This document shows positions 50,954 to 63,840 of a stretch of DNA of 64,000 nucleotides, one piece after another (within the stretch, counting starts at the first letter, position 1; each line of letters starts with the position of its first letter). Where the stretch lies: contig OZ316896.1 in assembly GCA_973895155.1 (NCBI GenBank), positions 19,022,754-19,086,753 on the forward strand, written 5' to 3'. The notes below the pieces were generated by a model that worked only from the letters and a program-made list of their open reading frames with translations, searched no databases and was not told the origin of the DNA. Both the position numbers and the translations under genes were made by a program. The stretch is from Marsupella aquatica (taxonomy: Eukaryota > Plantae > Marchantiophyta).

Positions 50954-52077
50954 TTCAATTTCGCTGTCGACTAGTTTTCTTTCTGGTTTGAAGCTTCAGG
51001 ATGAAAGGGAAAATGTTGTTTCCGTTTCGGGAGGTTGTGAAGGTCTAAGTTGAAGGATAGCAGACGACCCGCAATAATATGTCGGCAGAAAAGGTGTGGA
51101 ATTCTTCCACGAACTGCTGTGGTGATCTTGTATCGTACGCAGCACCATTGTGGGTGTGGGCGAATGAATGTCATAATGATCGGCTCAATAAGAGGTTCTT
51201 TGGCGACGGTATGGGTCCAGAATGAAGCATGAGGAGAGGTTTGAGCTTCTTCTCACTAACCTTTTACCACAGCAAATAATTGGAGAGGGAATGCTGCGGA
51301 GTGAGCAGCCATATTGTGATTCCTGCTCTGAAATGCCTAGACAGACAGAGAAGTAGCTGTAAATATGAGAGTCGGAGAGAGCTCTTATTTGCAGACACTA
51401 ACTCAATTGGGTGGTAGGCGAATCATCGCTCCGAGTGATAAGAAAACTGTAGATCACTGAGGAATTGGATGCTGTCATTACTGAATTTATCTGTGTAGGA
51501 CTCCTCGGTGCCAACAGGGGAAGGACATTATGTATAGACGTGAAAGGGGAATTGAAGAACTGTATACATCTTTGTCAAAACTCTGGGCATCGTGTCTTTT
51601 TGTTGGTCCATGGGACCTATTGTTGATGTATTTTGAGCCTTTACTTCTTGCGAAATGTCTTCTTCTTTGCAATTTGCGAAAGACTTGAATCCCAGGGTTT
51701 CCTCAAGGGAAGGGATCTGCGTTCCTTAGGGTAGTTTAGGATTTCAGGCGCTTGGTTTAATACCTTTTCTGCGTTTGCAGCTCTCCATCCGATGACTGCT
51801 CAAAGCGTAAGAATCCCAGTGCCATAGGCAGCTGTATTTTGTAATGGAAGGCGTCATTATCAGTTAGGCAAGCTGCATATCTTATGCTCACAACATACAA
51901 AGCTGTTTACTGTAGACATTCTGAGGACTGACAACACATGCCGCCAGCAACGAATAATTATTAACCATTGGCAGGATCGTGAAAATCTCACACCACAATC
52001 AAAGGCACACTTCCATGTTGAAAACCATTTTATATCCAAAAACCGCAAGATGGGCTTACAATCAAAGAGTCGATTTT

Positions 52078-54216
52078 TCACTGAAGAGAATTTAAGAAGA
52101 GAATCACGACAACTGCAATCCCAATTATCACAGGAAGCGAGCTTAACAAGTACAAGAAACTGAAGCCCTGCACAAGTCCGAGCAAACGAACTGGTCAGAA
52201 CGTTTATGGTGAAATATCTTTATACATAAAGTTGCGCAGCCTCACATTAAATCTCTATTAAATCTCTGAGGGAACTTCTTATTCGCCAATGCGCATAACA
52301 GGAATTGCGTTGGTCTGCAAAAACCATGAAGGGCCAGTTGTTCACGCATCCTGCTGCATAAAGGAGCTTATTCACGGAGGGGAAGCAAAAATCCACGGAA
52401 TATGGAAAGAGGCATGGGACAACTTTGGTGGAGAAGGGAGTGCTGTGAAGAAAAATACCACTGCTGGAGGGAGGACTTCGCTAATATCTTTCTTTTCTTG
52501 CCCGGGGAGAATGTCAGCGGCAGTGTCCCAGTCCACCCTTGCCCTTTCAGCAGCAAGCCTGGGATCGACTCCTGTGTCTGTCGCTTTGGCATAAGGTGAT
52601 GCAACGGGCGGAAGGCGATCTTGGGCATTAATTTCATCCTGTGCAGAACAACCACGTTCTCAAATTCCAGAGACACAAGTTGCAGCTAGAAAGTAATTAG
52701 AGTGGCAAGTATAGTATTCAAGTTCAGCTTCAGAAACATCATAGTACTGTCCGGACAAAGCGATGCCGGCTATTAACCACTGCACTCGACTGGACAAGGC
52801 CCCAACTAGTAAAACTGAGAATGAGGTCAATAGAAATTAAGAGTAATGCTTGACCGAAGTGGACAATCACACTACACACAACAAGATACAGAAAGTCACA
52901 TGCCAAATTTTCAGATTGAAGACATGGCTGGTGCCTAGGAAAATGAAAAGTTTAATCACCTCCAAGTTCGGCCAGTTCAGCATTTCTTTCGCGAGCTCTC
53001 GCAGAGTGATTTTATCTTGTGGGATCCGTCCTTCATACACCTTCACAAAGCGAACAACACACCACAAAGCACCTGCTTTTTAGATACATTCAGGGGAGCA
53101 AGGAACATTTCAGAAGGCAGATTTCAAAATTGAGGCCACCGACTTCTCAAACCCGTATCACCTCAGCGGGGACAGGGACGAGGCCGTTTCAAATATTTTG
53201 AAGGAGTTTACCGCTTGCTAATAAAACGCACTCTAATAATTTGGAGATACCAAGGGTAGCTATGCAACTACACTCCAACGGCAACAACCTCACACATTTT
53301 ACAAACAACTGAAAGCTCTATTTCAACTACTAATGTAGACTCAGGCTAGGTTCAGAGCAAGGAAAACCTCGGCCAGGGCATTGCCTATCTCTTCTCTTGA
53401 GCACCCTCGATCGTCCTCAATATTGAGTAACCTTCGTCGCTCCACATCACGAGGATCTTCAATCATGACAGTCAACCTAACCTAAACAATTCATCACAAG
53501 ATATGACTAGTAAGTCAGCTTCCCGTCAGCTTCCCGTTTGAATTCCAACTTTCTCTCTTCTCAGTGCTCTGTCGATGGCTTGCCCACAATTCACCAAACT
53601 ATGGATAGGCCAAATTACAGATGATGTGAGTAGGGAGTTAAACTAGTTCCACGAATCCGAAGAAAGAAAGCGCAGAGACGCAAACGTGAGCTGGAGTGAG
53701 GACGTACTTCATTGAACGTCATGTCTCTCTTCGTCCGTAGAAGCTCCAATACCTGCAGAATGGCATGCAATCATGCCTTATTTACGGTGGAAACTCCGTC
53801 TCCTGCAGGTAAACGGGATATGCAACAACACAGCCTATCTCTATGTGAAGGAGGAACGAAGTAGTTGGAAGAAAATTGCAAACCCGGAGAATATCCTTAA
53901 TGTTCTGACGATCTTCTTGCTCTTCAAGAGACAGCTCCTGCTCTTCCGAGACATCTTCCACAGCCACGCCGCTCGTGGTCTCGTCTGAATTGGCCCTTGT
54001 ACCCACAACTAGATCGGCTACTTCGACCCAGCTCCTCCTGATCGACACCCATCTCCCTCTCTTGCAGGATAAACCTCTCGGGTATTGTCCTCTGACCAAA
54101 AACGGTGAGCAGCTGGCCAGAATTCTACCGCTTTGACCTGGCTGGGCTGCATCACGGCGTCTACTACATGGCAGAGCAGCTCCAAAAGCTTTGAGCTGAA
54201 GAGTGACAGAGGCCAT
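52078..54216 (-). CDS. Y3IP1: Ycf3-interacting protein 1 (Y3IP1/CEST), chloroplast, 6 exons
   Basis: Peptides VLELLRTKRDMTFNE, VRLTVMIEDPRDVERRRLL, GRIPQDKITLRELAKEMLNWPNLE, YAKATDTGVDP..VDWDTAA and C-terminal LPVIIGIAVVVILFLNSLQ*. Confidence 0.93.
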
Positions 54217-55519
54217 GGCTAACCGATACAATTAACTGTGGGAGAGCCAACTTTTCAGTATCCTCAAATGGAGACAAAATTCCTCGGCCGAAATTTAGTA
54301 CCAGGAGATCTCGAGTGGACATACTCTGCACACAACAAGAATCGCTCAAGGAGATGCGGCTTGGGTCTACGATTTTTGGAGCCGTGGCTTAGTCTACCTT
54401 TGAGCACAGTCGCAAGGCAGTGCAAACGGAGCCCCCGGCACCTTTCCAAAAAAACACTGGAAGATTGCCAGTTGGAATCCTCGTTCGTTCTTCGGCTCAC
54501 TCATTTTCTTCGTAGGCAAAAACTCGACAGTGAACCTCCCGTGTACCATATTTTGGTGGACTATACGAGTTTTGAGCTTTTTGGTGGACTATAGGAGATT
54601 TGAGCTTATAACTTGATGATTATGAGTCACATAAAATTCACATGTTTTCACATGTTTGAATTTACAATATTTTCATTACTTTTTTTGTATTTACAAAAAT
54701 GTCATGGTTTCCTTATCTAGTTCCCCTAGTTACCTTGTCATCCATAACGAAACAGTGACAGTTTTATAATTACCAAAAAAATAGTGGCAAAATACTTAAA
54801 AACTGAAGAGGAAAATAGTTTTGCACCTCCAAGGCCACTAGAGAAACAGGAGACCTGGAAAAACACAAGCCCAAATACCCAAGGACCAAAGAGATTTAGG
54901 GCTTATAACTTGATGATTATGAGTCCTTTAAATCTTTTAAAAATTTGCACCTACAAGGCAACTAGCAGGAGACCTTGAAAAACACAAGCCCAAATACCCA
55001 AGGACTAAGAGATTTCTATATTTTTGAATCTTAGTCTAGATTTTTTGAAGTGAAGCCCAGATGGACCACCATGTTGAACAAGGTGCTCCCGTGGACCACA
55101 TTTTGGTGGTTCACAGACGTGTAACTTGAATATAATGAGTGCTTAGAAACTTGCAAGGCAGCTAGAGAAGGAGGAGACCTTTGAAAAACACAAGCCCATA
55201 TACTTCCTACTAACACGTTGAAATTAATCTAATAGAATTTGCCCCCTGCATTCCATGATGAACAACTCAACACAAATGGCCAAGATTCACTGTGGACTGG
55301 ATGCAAGTGTAGCTTCCCTACTACTCTAGCACATCCTCAAAACTAGAAAATATTTGAAATTACTAACATCAAGTTATTACAATTTACTCAAATTTGGGGG
55401 AAAATGTGGTCCATGGGGGGTTTTCAAAGACTAATGTTGTGGTTCATGGGAGCACCGTTTTCCAAAGACTCCCCAAATTTCACCTCAAGATTAAAGCGTT
55501 GTAATTAGTGCCTAATATT

Positions 55520-55977
55520 AGCCACATTTGTTGTGTTCCCTTAGCAAGTTTCCCACAAAAATGTGCCAAAATGCGCCTCAATGAAAACCTTTTTAATTAT
55601 TGTCTAAACTTTGACACATTTGTTGTGTTCTTTTAGCAAGTTTCCCACAAAAATTTGCCAAAATCTACCTCAATGAAAACAGTTTCAATTATACACTTGT
55701 AAAGTTTCCTTAGCGAGTTTCCACCTAGCCACGTACCCTATTAACCAGAATCTGATGGTTGTGGATTTAAAGGATATCTTACCTTAAACTTGTATGCCCA
55801 TCCTATAACTATGATTGTGAAACTTGGTGTTTTGTTTGAAAAAAACCCATTCCCGCCAGGGGGGGTGGGTGGCAACATTGACCCAATCCCATAAGGTAGG
55901 GATTATGGCCTCACCTCAGTCTCGCAACATTGACCCAATCCCATAAGGTAGGGATTATGGCCTCACCTCAGTCTCAC
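55520..55977. repeat. Short tandem duplications (~90 bp x2-3; 52 bp x2)
   Basis: CACATTTGTTGTGTTC..AGCAAGTTTCCCAC is repeated, and GCAACATTGACCCAATCCCATAAGG.. is duplicated. Confidence 0.8.
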
Positions 55978-56299
55978 AGCATATATCCATCCTTGTTTTT
56001 TGGTGAGCATCCACCTCAAATGCAACATATCTCCCGTGCCCTAGAGTGCAGCTTTCCAGGGTTCTGGATTTGCACTTAAAGTCACAGGAAAGAAGCTTAA
56101 ATGTGAACCCACAAGCTCATCCTAAGGGAGTAAAAGATCTCCTCCTACAACTTTAGGAGGAGTTGTCTTAAAGGAGACTCGCTCTCACAACTTTTTAAGG
56201 AGTTTCCCTTAAGGGGCAGGGAGCCAAGCTGCTTTTAAGAAGTTCCCCTTAAAACACAACTTCCCCTATATAGCATACTCATCCTGGAACATGAAAAGT

Positions 56300-59130
56300 T
56301 ATTTTGTCCTATGCAGGAGATAAAGGAGTTGGGGCAATGTGAAAGGGATAAAAAAGTTCCCTATGCAATGGGGCAAGGGGATGGGTATCCAAGGGGAGGG
56401 GTATCCAATGCAGTGATTTTGTCCTATGCAGGAGATAAAAAAGTTGGGGCAATGTGAAAGGGAAAAAAAAAGTTCCGTATGCAGTGGGGCAAGGGGATGG
56501 GTATCCAATGCGAGGGGTATCCAATGCAGTGGGGGCAAGGGGAAGGGCTCGCGAAGGGCAAGGGGTCGACCAGAAGGGGCTGGCGCAGGTCTCGCTGGCG
56601 AAGGGCGAAGGGCTGGGGAAGGGCTGGAAGGGCTCGCGAAGGGCAAGGGGTCGACGAGAAGGGGCTGGCGCAGGTGAAAGGGCTGGCGAAGGGCGAAGGG
56701 CTGGGGAAGGGCTGGCGAACGCAGGGCAAGGCTCACATTGTGAGATGATCAAATTCGAGGGGGCAAAGGGCGGCTGCGGAGAGCTCGAGCTCGAGCTGCT
56801 GTGGATCTTAGCTCTCGATCTGATGTCGCTGTCTCGATGGACTGGACTTCATGCTGCTCGTCTGATTTGATGCTGCTCGTCTGATTTGATTTCGTCTTCA
56901 CTCTCGATGCGGCAGGGCGCAGGGATGGGCTGGCGCAAGGCAAAGGGTTGGCAAAGGGCGAAGGGCTGGCGAAGGGCGAAGGATCACATTGTGCAACGAT
57001 CAACTCTCGATGTCTGATGGCGGCTGCGGCGGGTGTTGAGGCTGGACTCGAGCTGTTGTGGCATGGACTCGAGCTGCTATGGCATGGACTCGAGCTTTCA
57101 TGGCTGGTGGCTGCTGGACTTGAGCTGCTGTGGCTGGTTGGAGATGGACTCGAGCTGGGCTTGGGAGCTTGCTGGACTCGATCGATGACTTCATGCTGCT
57201 GCAGCCACTCTTGATGCTGCTCGTCTGATTCGCGATCATTGCTGCTGATATCAATGTCACTGATCGATTGCTACTGTCATTGAGCTACTGATGCTGCTGC
57301 TGCTATCGATCGCTGTTGATGCTCTCGTCGCTGCTGACATTGAGCTAATGATGCTGCTGATCGATTGCTGATGCTACTGATCAATTGAGGCTGGACTCGA
57401 TGTCTGATGTCTGCGCTCACTGCTGCTCGGTCTCTCTCTGTCACTGCTGCTCGCTCTCTCACTCACTGCTGCTCGCTCTCTCACTCACTGCTGCTCGGTC
57501 TCTCTCGCTCACTGGAGTCGTTTACTGCTCGAGTCATTTATCGCAGAGTAGTGTAGTGGTTCGCACCGATGCCAAAGCAGTGAGCGAGCAAGCAGCAATG
57601 TTCTTCTCCTTCGATTCTCCCAAACAGCAATAACTGCGAGCTGAGAGCAGCTGTACAGTCTACGAACACAGTCCACAGTGGACAGTCCCCTCTCGCGATG
57701 CTGCCTTGCCTAACTAGCAAAAAGAAGTTTAGCTCAAGCTCGGACCCAGCGAGAGAAATGCCCCTTGCGGCTCTCTGGTCCGTCGGCTTTGTGCAGCTCT
57801 AGGGAGCGCTTACGGAGAGATTGACGCACGGTTCACAGGCAGAGGCATTTGAAAACGAAGAGAGACACGGGAAGGAGGTTAAGACAAGTTGAGCGAGATC
57901 GTTCGGCTCACGTGAGCGAAGTGTAGAGCAAAGTCGCGTTATTGATGTTCCGCTTTTCATGACGAAGCCTGGTGATAGTGGAAGGAGGAGATGGCAACGG
58001 CCTAGTAGTCCCCTGTGCTCCTCTTCTCTCTCGTCTAGCAAGAGGGATTTAGATTTGTTTTCATTTACTCAGGAGTCCTCCATCATCCGTTGTGAGTCTC
58101 TGTAAAGTGAAGGAGTTGATAACTGAGCTGCGTTCATTTTTAACCCCCTTGTAGCTCTCATTTCGCTTGGTGGCTGAGACTGAGCAATCACTGTCTAATG
58201 GTTCATTGTGACGAGTCTTTCCATGTATCTTGGAGGCTTCCAAGTATTTTGGAGTTTGAAAAATGAACGTTGTGTAATCTGTTTTCCAGACCAAATGTTT
58301 TGGGCCGGTGACCTTAGCATTTAGTTTGGGGGGAGACTACACTTGTTTCACTGCTACTTAAGCAGAGCCCTTGCCTTAGTTTATTCACTTCTTCAGTGAG
58401 TTTGCTCTTGCCTCTCAGTGCTCCGCTCTATCACTGCTTCCCATTGCTCTCAAGTCTCAGTGCTCAGCTCCTTCAGTGTGTTTTCGTTCAGTGCTCCAAG
58501 GAGGTTTGGTTCAGTGTTGGTTTTCATTCAGTGCTCCAGTGGGGTTTCGTGCAGTGCTGTGCTCTAGTGGGGTTTTGTTCAGTGTTGTGCTCCAGTGAGG
58601 TTTCGGTTAGTGCTGTGCTCCGGAAGGGTGTCGTTCAGTGCTGTGCTCCAGAAGGGTGTCATTCAGTGTTGTGTTCTCAGTGCATTTGTTCAGTGCTGTG
58701 CTCTGGAAGGGTGTTGTTCAGTGCTGTGTTCTTGGTGCACTCGTTCAGTGCTGTGCTCCAGAAGGGTTTCATTCAGTGCTGTTCTCGGTGAGCTCGTTCA
58801 GTGTTGTGCTCCCGGTGCGCTCGTTCAGTGCTATGCTCCCGTTCAGTGTTGTGTTCTTGGTGCAATCGTTCAGTGTTGTGCTCTAGGTGGGCTTGTTCAG
58901 TTCTGTGCTCTAGGGGCGCTCGTTCAGTGCTGTCCTCTTGTGGGCTATCCTAGTGCTTGGCCCTCAACTCTTAGTGAGTGTTTGCTTATCATTCTAACAA
59001 GTGCTTTGCTAACAAGTGTTTTGTTTTGCTGTGATCTTGTGCTAACCTATGTTGTGCTAACCAGTGCTTGTGCTAACTTTTGCTGTGATCTTGTGCTTAC
59101 CAGTGTGTTGCTAACCAGTGTTTTGTTCAT
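56300..59130. repeat. Mosaic of internal tandem arrays in the non-coding arm of the HUH element
   Basis: ~115-bp duplication (56300-56535), G-rich GGGCGAAGGGCTGG units (56540-56740, 56910-56985), GGACTCGAGCTG units (57045-57185) and TTCAGTGCTGTGCTC units (58420-58935). Confidence 0.85.
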
Positions 59131-59162
59131 TGTGACCAAGTTTGGCACAGTTTACAGCTCTA

Positions 59163-59521
59163 ATGTCCTCTGTCGAGTCACAACTCCCAGAGGACGACTC
59201 TGATATTTCGCCTTACACAACATTGGATGTTGGAAATTTTATTTTAGAGAACATTGAGGCAACAACCTCTCATTGTGTTAGGGACGTCCAATTCTGCTGG
59301 GTAGTTTGTCGCCAGGAGAAGAGAAACTTCTGGCAGGTCCATTTAAGATACTAGAACGTACAGAGCAGACAGGGAAGGACGAAGTTATTGTTGAGTCCAA
59401 GGGGAAAGTGTATTTTATTGTGAAAGCTGACGATATTTATCCTGTGTTCTTGTTTGAGTATCGTGACTGTATTTGTGCATCTTCTCGTGAACTGTGTGCA
59501 CATCTTACATGGCTTCTTTGA
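59163..59521 (+). CDS. Small accessory ORF with a CxC..CxH (SWIM-like) motif, broken by a frameshift or splice near 59280
   Basis: MSSVESQLPEDDSD.. in one frame, then GRPILLGSLSPGEEK..VYFIVK..RDCICASSRELCAHLTWLL* in another. Its stop overlaps the HUH ATG. Confidence 0.45.
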
Positions 59522-60723
59522 AGCGTAAAGCTCGTGTTGTGCAAGAGAAGGATGTCTCTTTGATGGACAATGTCATGGAACTGAGCATTACAGTAGGGTA
59601 CCTTGGTGCAAATGTTCATGCTGAAGAACTAAACCTTATGAATGGATTGATAAGAGACCATTGCATATCTGGTCTTGTAGCATTAGAGAGAGGAGAACTA
59701 GAAAGTCATTTGCATATGCAAATGGTTGTGAGGACCAGAACAAAGTCTGCTAGATCATTTGGTGTGCTTGTACGAAAATATATGGGCTGGCAGGGGATGA
59801 AGAATATGAATCCTGTAGGGAAAGTGATGTGTAAAAATCTTACCAACAGGCAGTTACACACTTTTAAAGGAATGATTGGTTACTGTTTGAAAGATATGGG
59901 CATGGCTCATTTTCAGCATGCAATGTTTAATATCTCTGATGAAGATGTGATTGCAGGGAAACAGCTTCATTCAATCTATGGACGTGCAGATTTAAAATCT
60001 AGAGTAACATTGACTAACAAGAATGTTGCAGAGAGAATGTATGTCTGGTACAAATATAAAACTGAGAGACCTTTGCATGCTACTTTTGTTTCTACATTGA
60101 CTGAAATGGTAAAATCTGGTATTTTTATACCTGCTTCTAGTTGGATAATACCATTGAATGGACATGGCATGGAAAAATCACGAATGACATGTCTCTGGAA
60201 ATGTATTGTTGATCCTTGTAATGTAACTAAATGTGAGATTGAAGAAGTTTTTGTCAGGAAACCTAGGACTGGCAGTTGGGGAAGATATCATAGTGATTCT
60301 GAACTTGGAGAGGATCCAGAATTGACCCCTAGGAGTACAGAGAGAGAGCTCTCTCCCCAAAGGAGCTCTTTGAAGAAGTTGAAAGTGAAGACAGAATGTG
60401 ATAGAAAGGTTCGTTTTGATGACATTTTCACAGAGTCTATCATTCCTGACAGGGGAGTTACATATGGTGATCCCCTTGGTGAGTATGTGCCTTTGAAAGA
60501 TAGACAAAAGATTCCAAAGCATGATTATCTTGAAACTATTAATTTGTTGGAGGAGAAGAATGTTACAGGAATGAGAAAGGGGAAAGACAAGATGGAAGAT
60601 GTGGAGATGGAAGATGTGGCAGAGGTGGTATTGTTATCCTCTGATGATGAGGAAATAATTCCTGCCCCTGTTTTTGAGGACAGGGGCCAAATGAGAGGAA
60701 AAAAGGAAAAATTACCTTATTAA
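59509..60723 (+). CDS. HUH endonuclease / Replitron-type transposase, 404 aa, uninterrupted
   Basis: Motif I-like LSITV, motif II ERGELESHLHMQMVV (HUH = HLH) and motif III LHTFKGMIGYCLKD (single catalytic Tyr, YxxK). No Walker A or helicase; acidic disordered tail. Confidence 0.9.
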   Translation: MASLKRKARVVQEKDVSLMDNVMELSITVGYLGANVHAEELNLMNGLIRDHCISGLVALERGELESHLHMQMVVRTRTKSARSFGVLVRKYMGWQGMKNMNPVGKVMCKNLTNRQLHTFKGMIGYCLKDMGMAHFQHAMFNISDEDVIAGKQLHSIYGRADLKSRVTLTNKNVAERMYVWYKYKTERPLHATFVSTLTEMVKSGIFIPASSWIIPLNGHGMEKSRMTCLWKCIVDPCNVTKCEIEEVFVRKPRTGSWGRYHSDSELGEDPELTPRSTERELSPQRSSLKKLKVKTECDRKVRFDDIFTESIIPDRGVTYGDPLGEYVPLKDRQKIPKHDYLETINLLEEKNVTGMRKGKDKMEDVEMEDVAEVVLLSSDDEEIIPAPVFEDRGQMRGKKEKLPY

Positions 60724-62566
60724 GAAACTCACTTTTCAGAGTGAAGATTGAGCCCAGATCTCCTAGGACACATTGCAGGGGAGATGGGTTTGCTATGGAG
60801 CCCTTTCAAAATAATTGGTAAGCTTTTTCAATTCTCATTCAAGTTTCATTTGTGTGCTTGGAGTGGATGTGAGCATTGGGATGGGGGATTGGGTGTAGTG
60901 ATAGTGGGTAGGTTAGGGGGGGTTCTCTGCTTGGAAGGCTGCACCTGCAGTTTGGGGTTAAATTCCCCAGATTTGTTCATTACACTAAAATAATAGAATA
61001 TCATATTGGTGGATTCAATATTTGAGAATACACTCGGCTACTTTCATTTCCCAAGGAAACAGGGTGATATCCAAAATGATTTTAAGGGGGTGCCATGGAA
61101 CACTTATTTTCCTTAAAGGGGTACTTTTAAAATTGGCAGCCTTGGTTTTATTAAAAATTATAAGGGCCTAAAATAATTCAAAGAACACTTCCATTTGATA
61201 CTGTTAAGTACATTAACAATTACATTAATGCCAAAAAAAAATTACAATCAAAAACATGAAACGAGGCTTCACCATTATAGCAGCATCAAAAGGAGAAGTG
61301 TCCAAGACCTCCCCCTTTTCCCATATTTCAATGGCTGTTCTCCTCTGCCAGTTTGCTCCACAATTTCAGGAAAAATCTCTCCTTTTAATGATAACTTGTG
61401 CTTTAAGGGAGCCAAGCATTTCCGACCTTTACAGGTTTTCCCATATATCTAACTTTTATTGACTTTTCATATCTCTTGAAGTATGGGAAGAGAGCCAAAG
61501 AAGATCAGCTCCCACAACATTAGGAGTTGGCTTACGGGAGCCAAGCTCACACAACTTATATAAGAGTTCTATCCCTAGCCGTGGGAGGGGAAGGGAGCCA
61601 AAGATCAGCTCCAACACCTTTTTTGGGAAATTTTGGGAAGAATTCCACATTATCCTGATTTATGGGAAGCCTTTATCCTGGCATGATTGAATTTTGACAT
61701 GCCCTCACAGGCTCAACATTATGCTTTCCTGTGTTGACAATACTCCATGCAACACTTCCAGCAATACAACGCTGACAATACACAATTAGGAATGGGGTCT
61801 GAGGCCACTGTCGGCTCCCAAAGTTCAGCCAGTCAGAAGTGGTATAAATTTTCTATGAGAAGGTGCTAATGAATCTCGGCAAACTCTGCCAGGCTTGGTC
61901 ATCGGACCTTAGACGATCAATCATGGCAAGCAGCTCGAGCTGGTCCTGGAGATCCGGCTGAGCTTGGAGCCGGGCAACCCGCTCCTCAATTTGTGGAAGA
62001 CACTGCATGTGGCGTGCGGAACAATAGTTGTCTAATGAAGTTAGAGCATGTCAAAACGAGTCATGTTTAAGGCTCTAATAATACTTCATAAAACCCATTG
62101 ACAGCCTCCCAACTGGCTTGCAGCTGAGCTTATAAAGATCTTTCCAACGCGTTGGCATGTCAATGACGAAACTCACAAACCAGCCTATCCATGCAAAATC
62201 CTTAACAGAACAATCAGTTCACTGTAAGGTAAACGACATCCTAGACTTCAAGCAGTACAGCATGAACGGAGCTCTATGGAAAGAACATCACTCAACAAAC
62301 ACCATCATCACTCACATCTATTCCAAACTGATAGCAAACTTGGTAACTCAGGACCACAGTTCATTTATACAACCAATAGCTTTCATCTTACAAAATTGCA
62401 ATATTCGTTTGGTTGTGATAGACATCCCAAGATGGTGGATGAAATTTAGTTTTATACTGAGAATAATCAGAGTTCTCTATCTTTTGCACAACGACATGAC
62501 ACTCGAATTTCACTTCCTAATGTGAAGTTGAACTTAAGCTCCCAACGTCCGTGTGGGTGAGATCGT

Positions 62567-63840
62567 CTATTCAGAGTCTGCAAACCTGAAGAAGGTCCAA
62601 GACGACAACTGTGGGTCAGAGATGAACGTTACGAGTACGATCATGATGAAAGAAACTAGAGAAGAATACTAAAGGCTGCAGACTCATTATACCAACGACA
62701 AGTACATTCAATCATAACAGTTCAAAACAAATACCAGTCACGACAGCCAAGAGATACGTTCTTCCACAGGTTGACATCCAGTTTTTAAGGACTGAAGCCT
62801 CCATCGAAGTAGAAATCTCAGTATGATGCTCACTTAAACAAAACTTACCCCAGCTCTGAAAGCTTTTGATGGCATTCGGCATAGTCCTTAAAGAAGAGCT
62901 CCTCATCCTGCGAGACAAGTCAAAAGTCAAACCTGTGTCGCATGGATACATTGACAGAATTCATGTACAGGCTGTAGCACAAGGTAATGCTCCATTATGA
63001 CGGCAATCTGACATTTGCAAAATTGACAAAGAAGCTTGTACACGCACCGCAGCATATGCCTCAACATATGGACGGAACTTGGGATCTTCAATTAGAGCCT
63101 TGTCAGAAGGAAGCTGGAGAAGTCCTGCCTTTTCTCCAGTAAGCAGTTCCCTGCAAAACGATCAAGCATGCAAACAAGAGTTAAAAAATGAAGAGATTGA
63201 CGACCCTTTTAACTACTTCTCTTGCATTGTACTTAAATGAACAGATCGCCTCATCTTCCAGGACATAAGCTACCATCTACTTTGGAGTCGCGAGCGGGTT
63301 TATTACGTAAGCGAATTGGCTTTGACATGTGACTAGAAATGTGAAAAGATCGGAAATGCGATAGATGTCCATCATCCCATGGTTATCAACTTACGTGAAA
63401 TATGAGTTGTCGAAGATAAGGGGGTTGGCCGTCCATGGTCCATCAAAACCTGAGCGCTCACGGTGGCAGCGCCCCTGAAGAATCATATATACGACGAAAT
63501 TCAATTTACATGAAGCCACCGTAACGTCCGTCCTCAAACCCAGTACGAAGAAATTCACTACCAGATTTCATCCATCACATTAAATTGCGAACTTACAAGA
63601 GTGTGAGCCCCGGAGAGGGCCACAATTTCCTTGTCACCCAGACCATAGGCATAAAACACGTCTCTCAGGTGGCTGGGTCCTGATGAAGTGGCACACAAGC
63701 AATCAAAGTTAAAAGCGTCGTACATTCGAACGATCAAAGCGAATATTTTTGATAGCGCAATTTCGAAATAAAAGAGATAACGGCTTTACCCTTGGTCGCA
63801 TCAGGAAGCCTCCCTTCTTGGGGTGGAGTGAGCTTGTCCT
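62567..63840 (-). CDS. APX: Cytosolic L-ascorbate peroxidase, 3' exons (5' part beyond window)
   Basis: Exons encode [86 protein letters not shown] and FADSE*. Confidence 0.96.

Larger units (their letters stand above)
56269..61282 (+). mobile_element. HUH-endonuclease (Replitron-type) transposon, ~5.0 kb
   Basis: Intact Y1 HUH ORF without helicase. TATAGCA direct repeats at 56269-75 and 61276-82. Both ends are shared with the short element at 30079-30563. The flanks (56100-56260 and 61400-61620) belong to one degenerate repeat, consistent with an insertion. Confidence 0.8.

Noticed and set aside
58396-59203. Cys-rich ORFs (VQCCA repeats) upstream of the HUH gene
   Set aside because: They are by-products of the TTCAGTGCTGTGCTC array, open in several frames without ATG starts.
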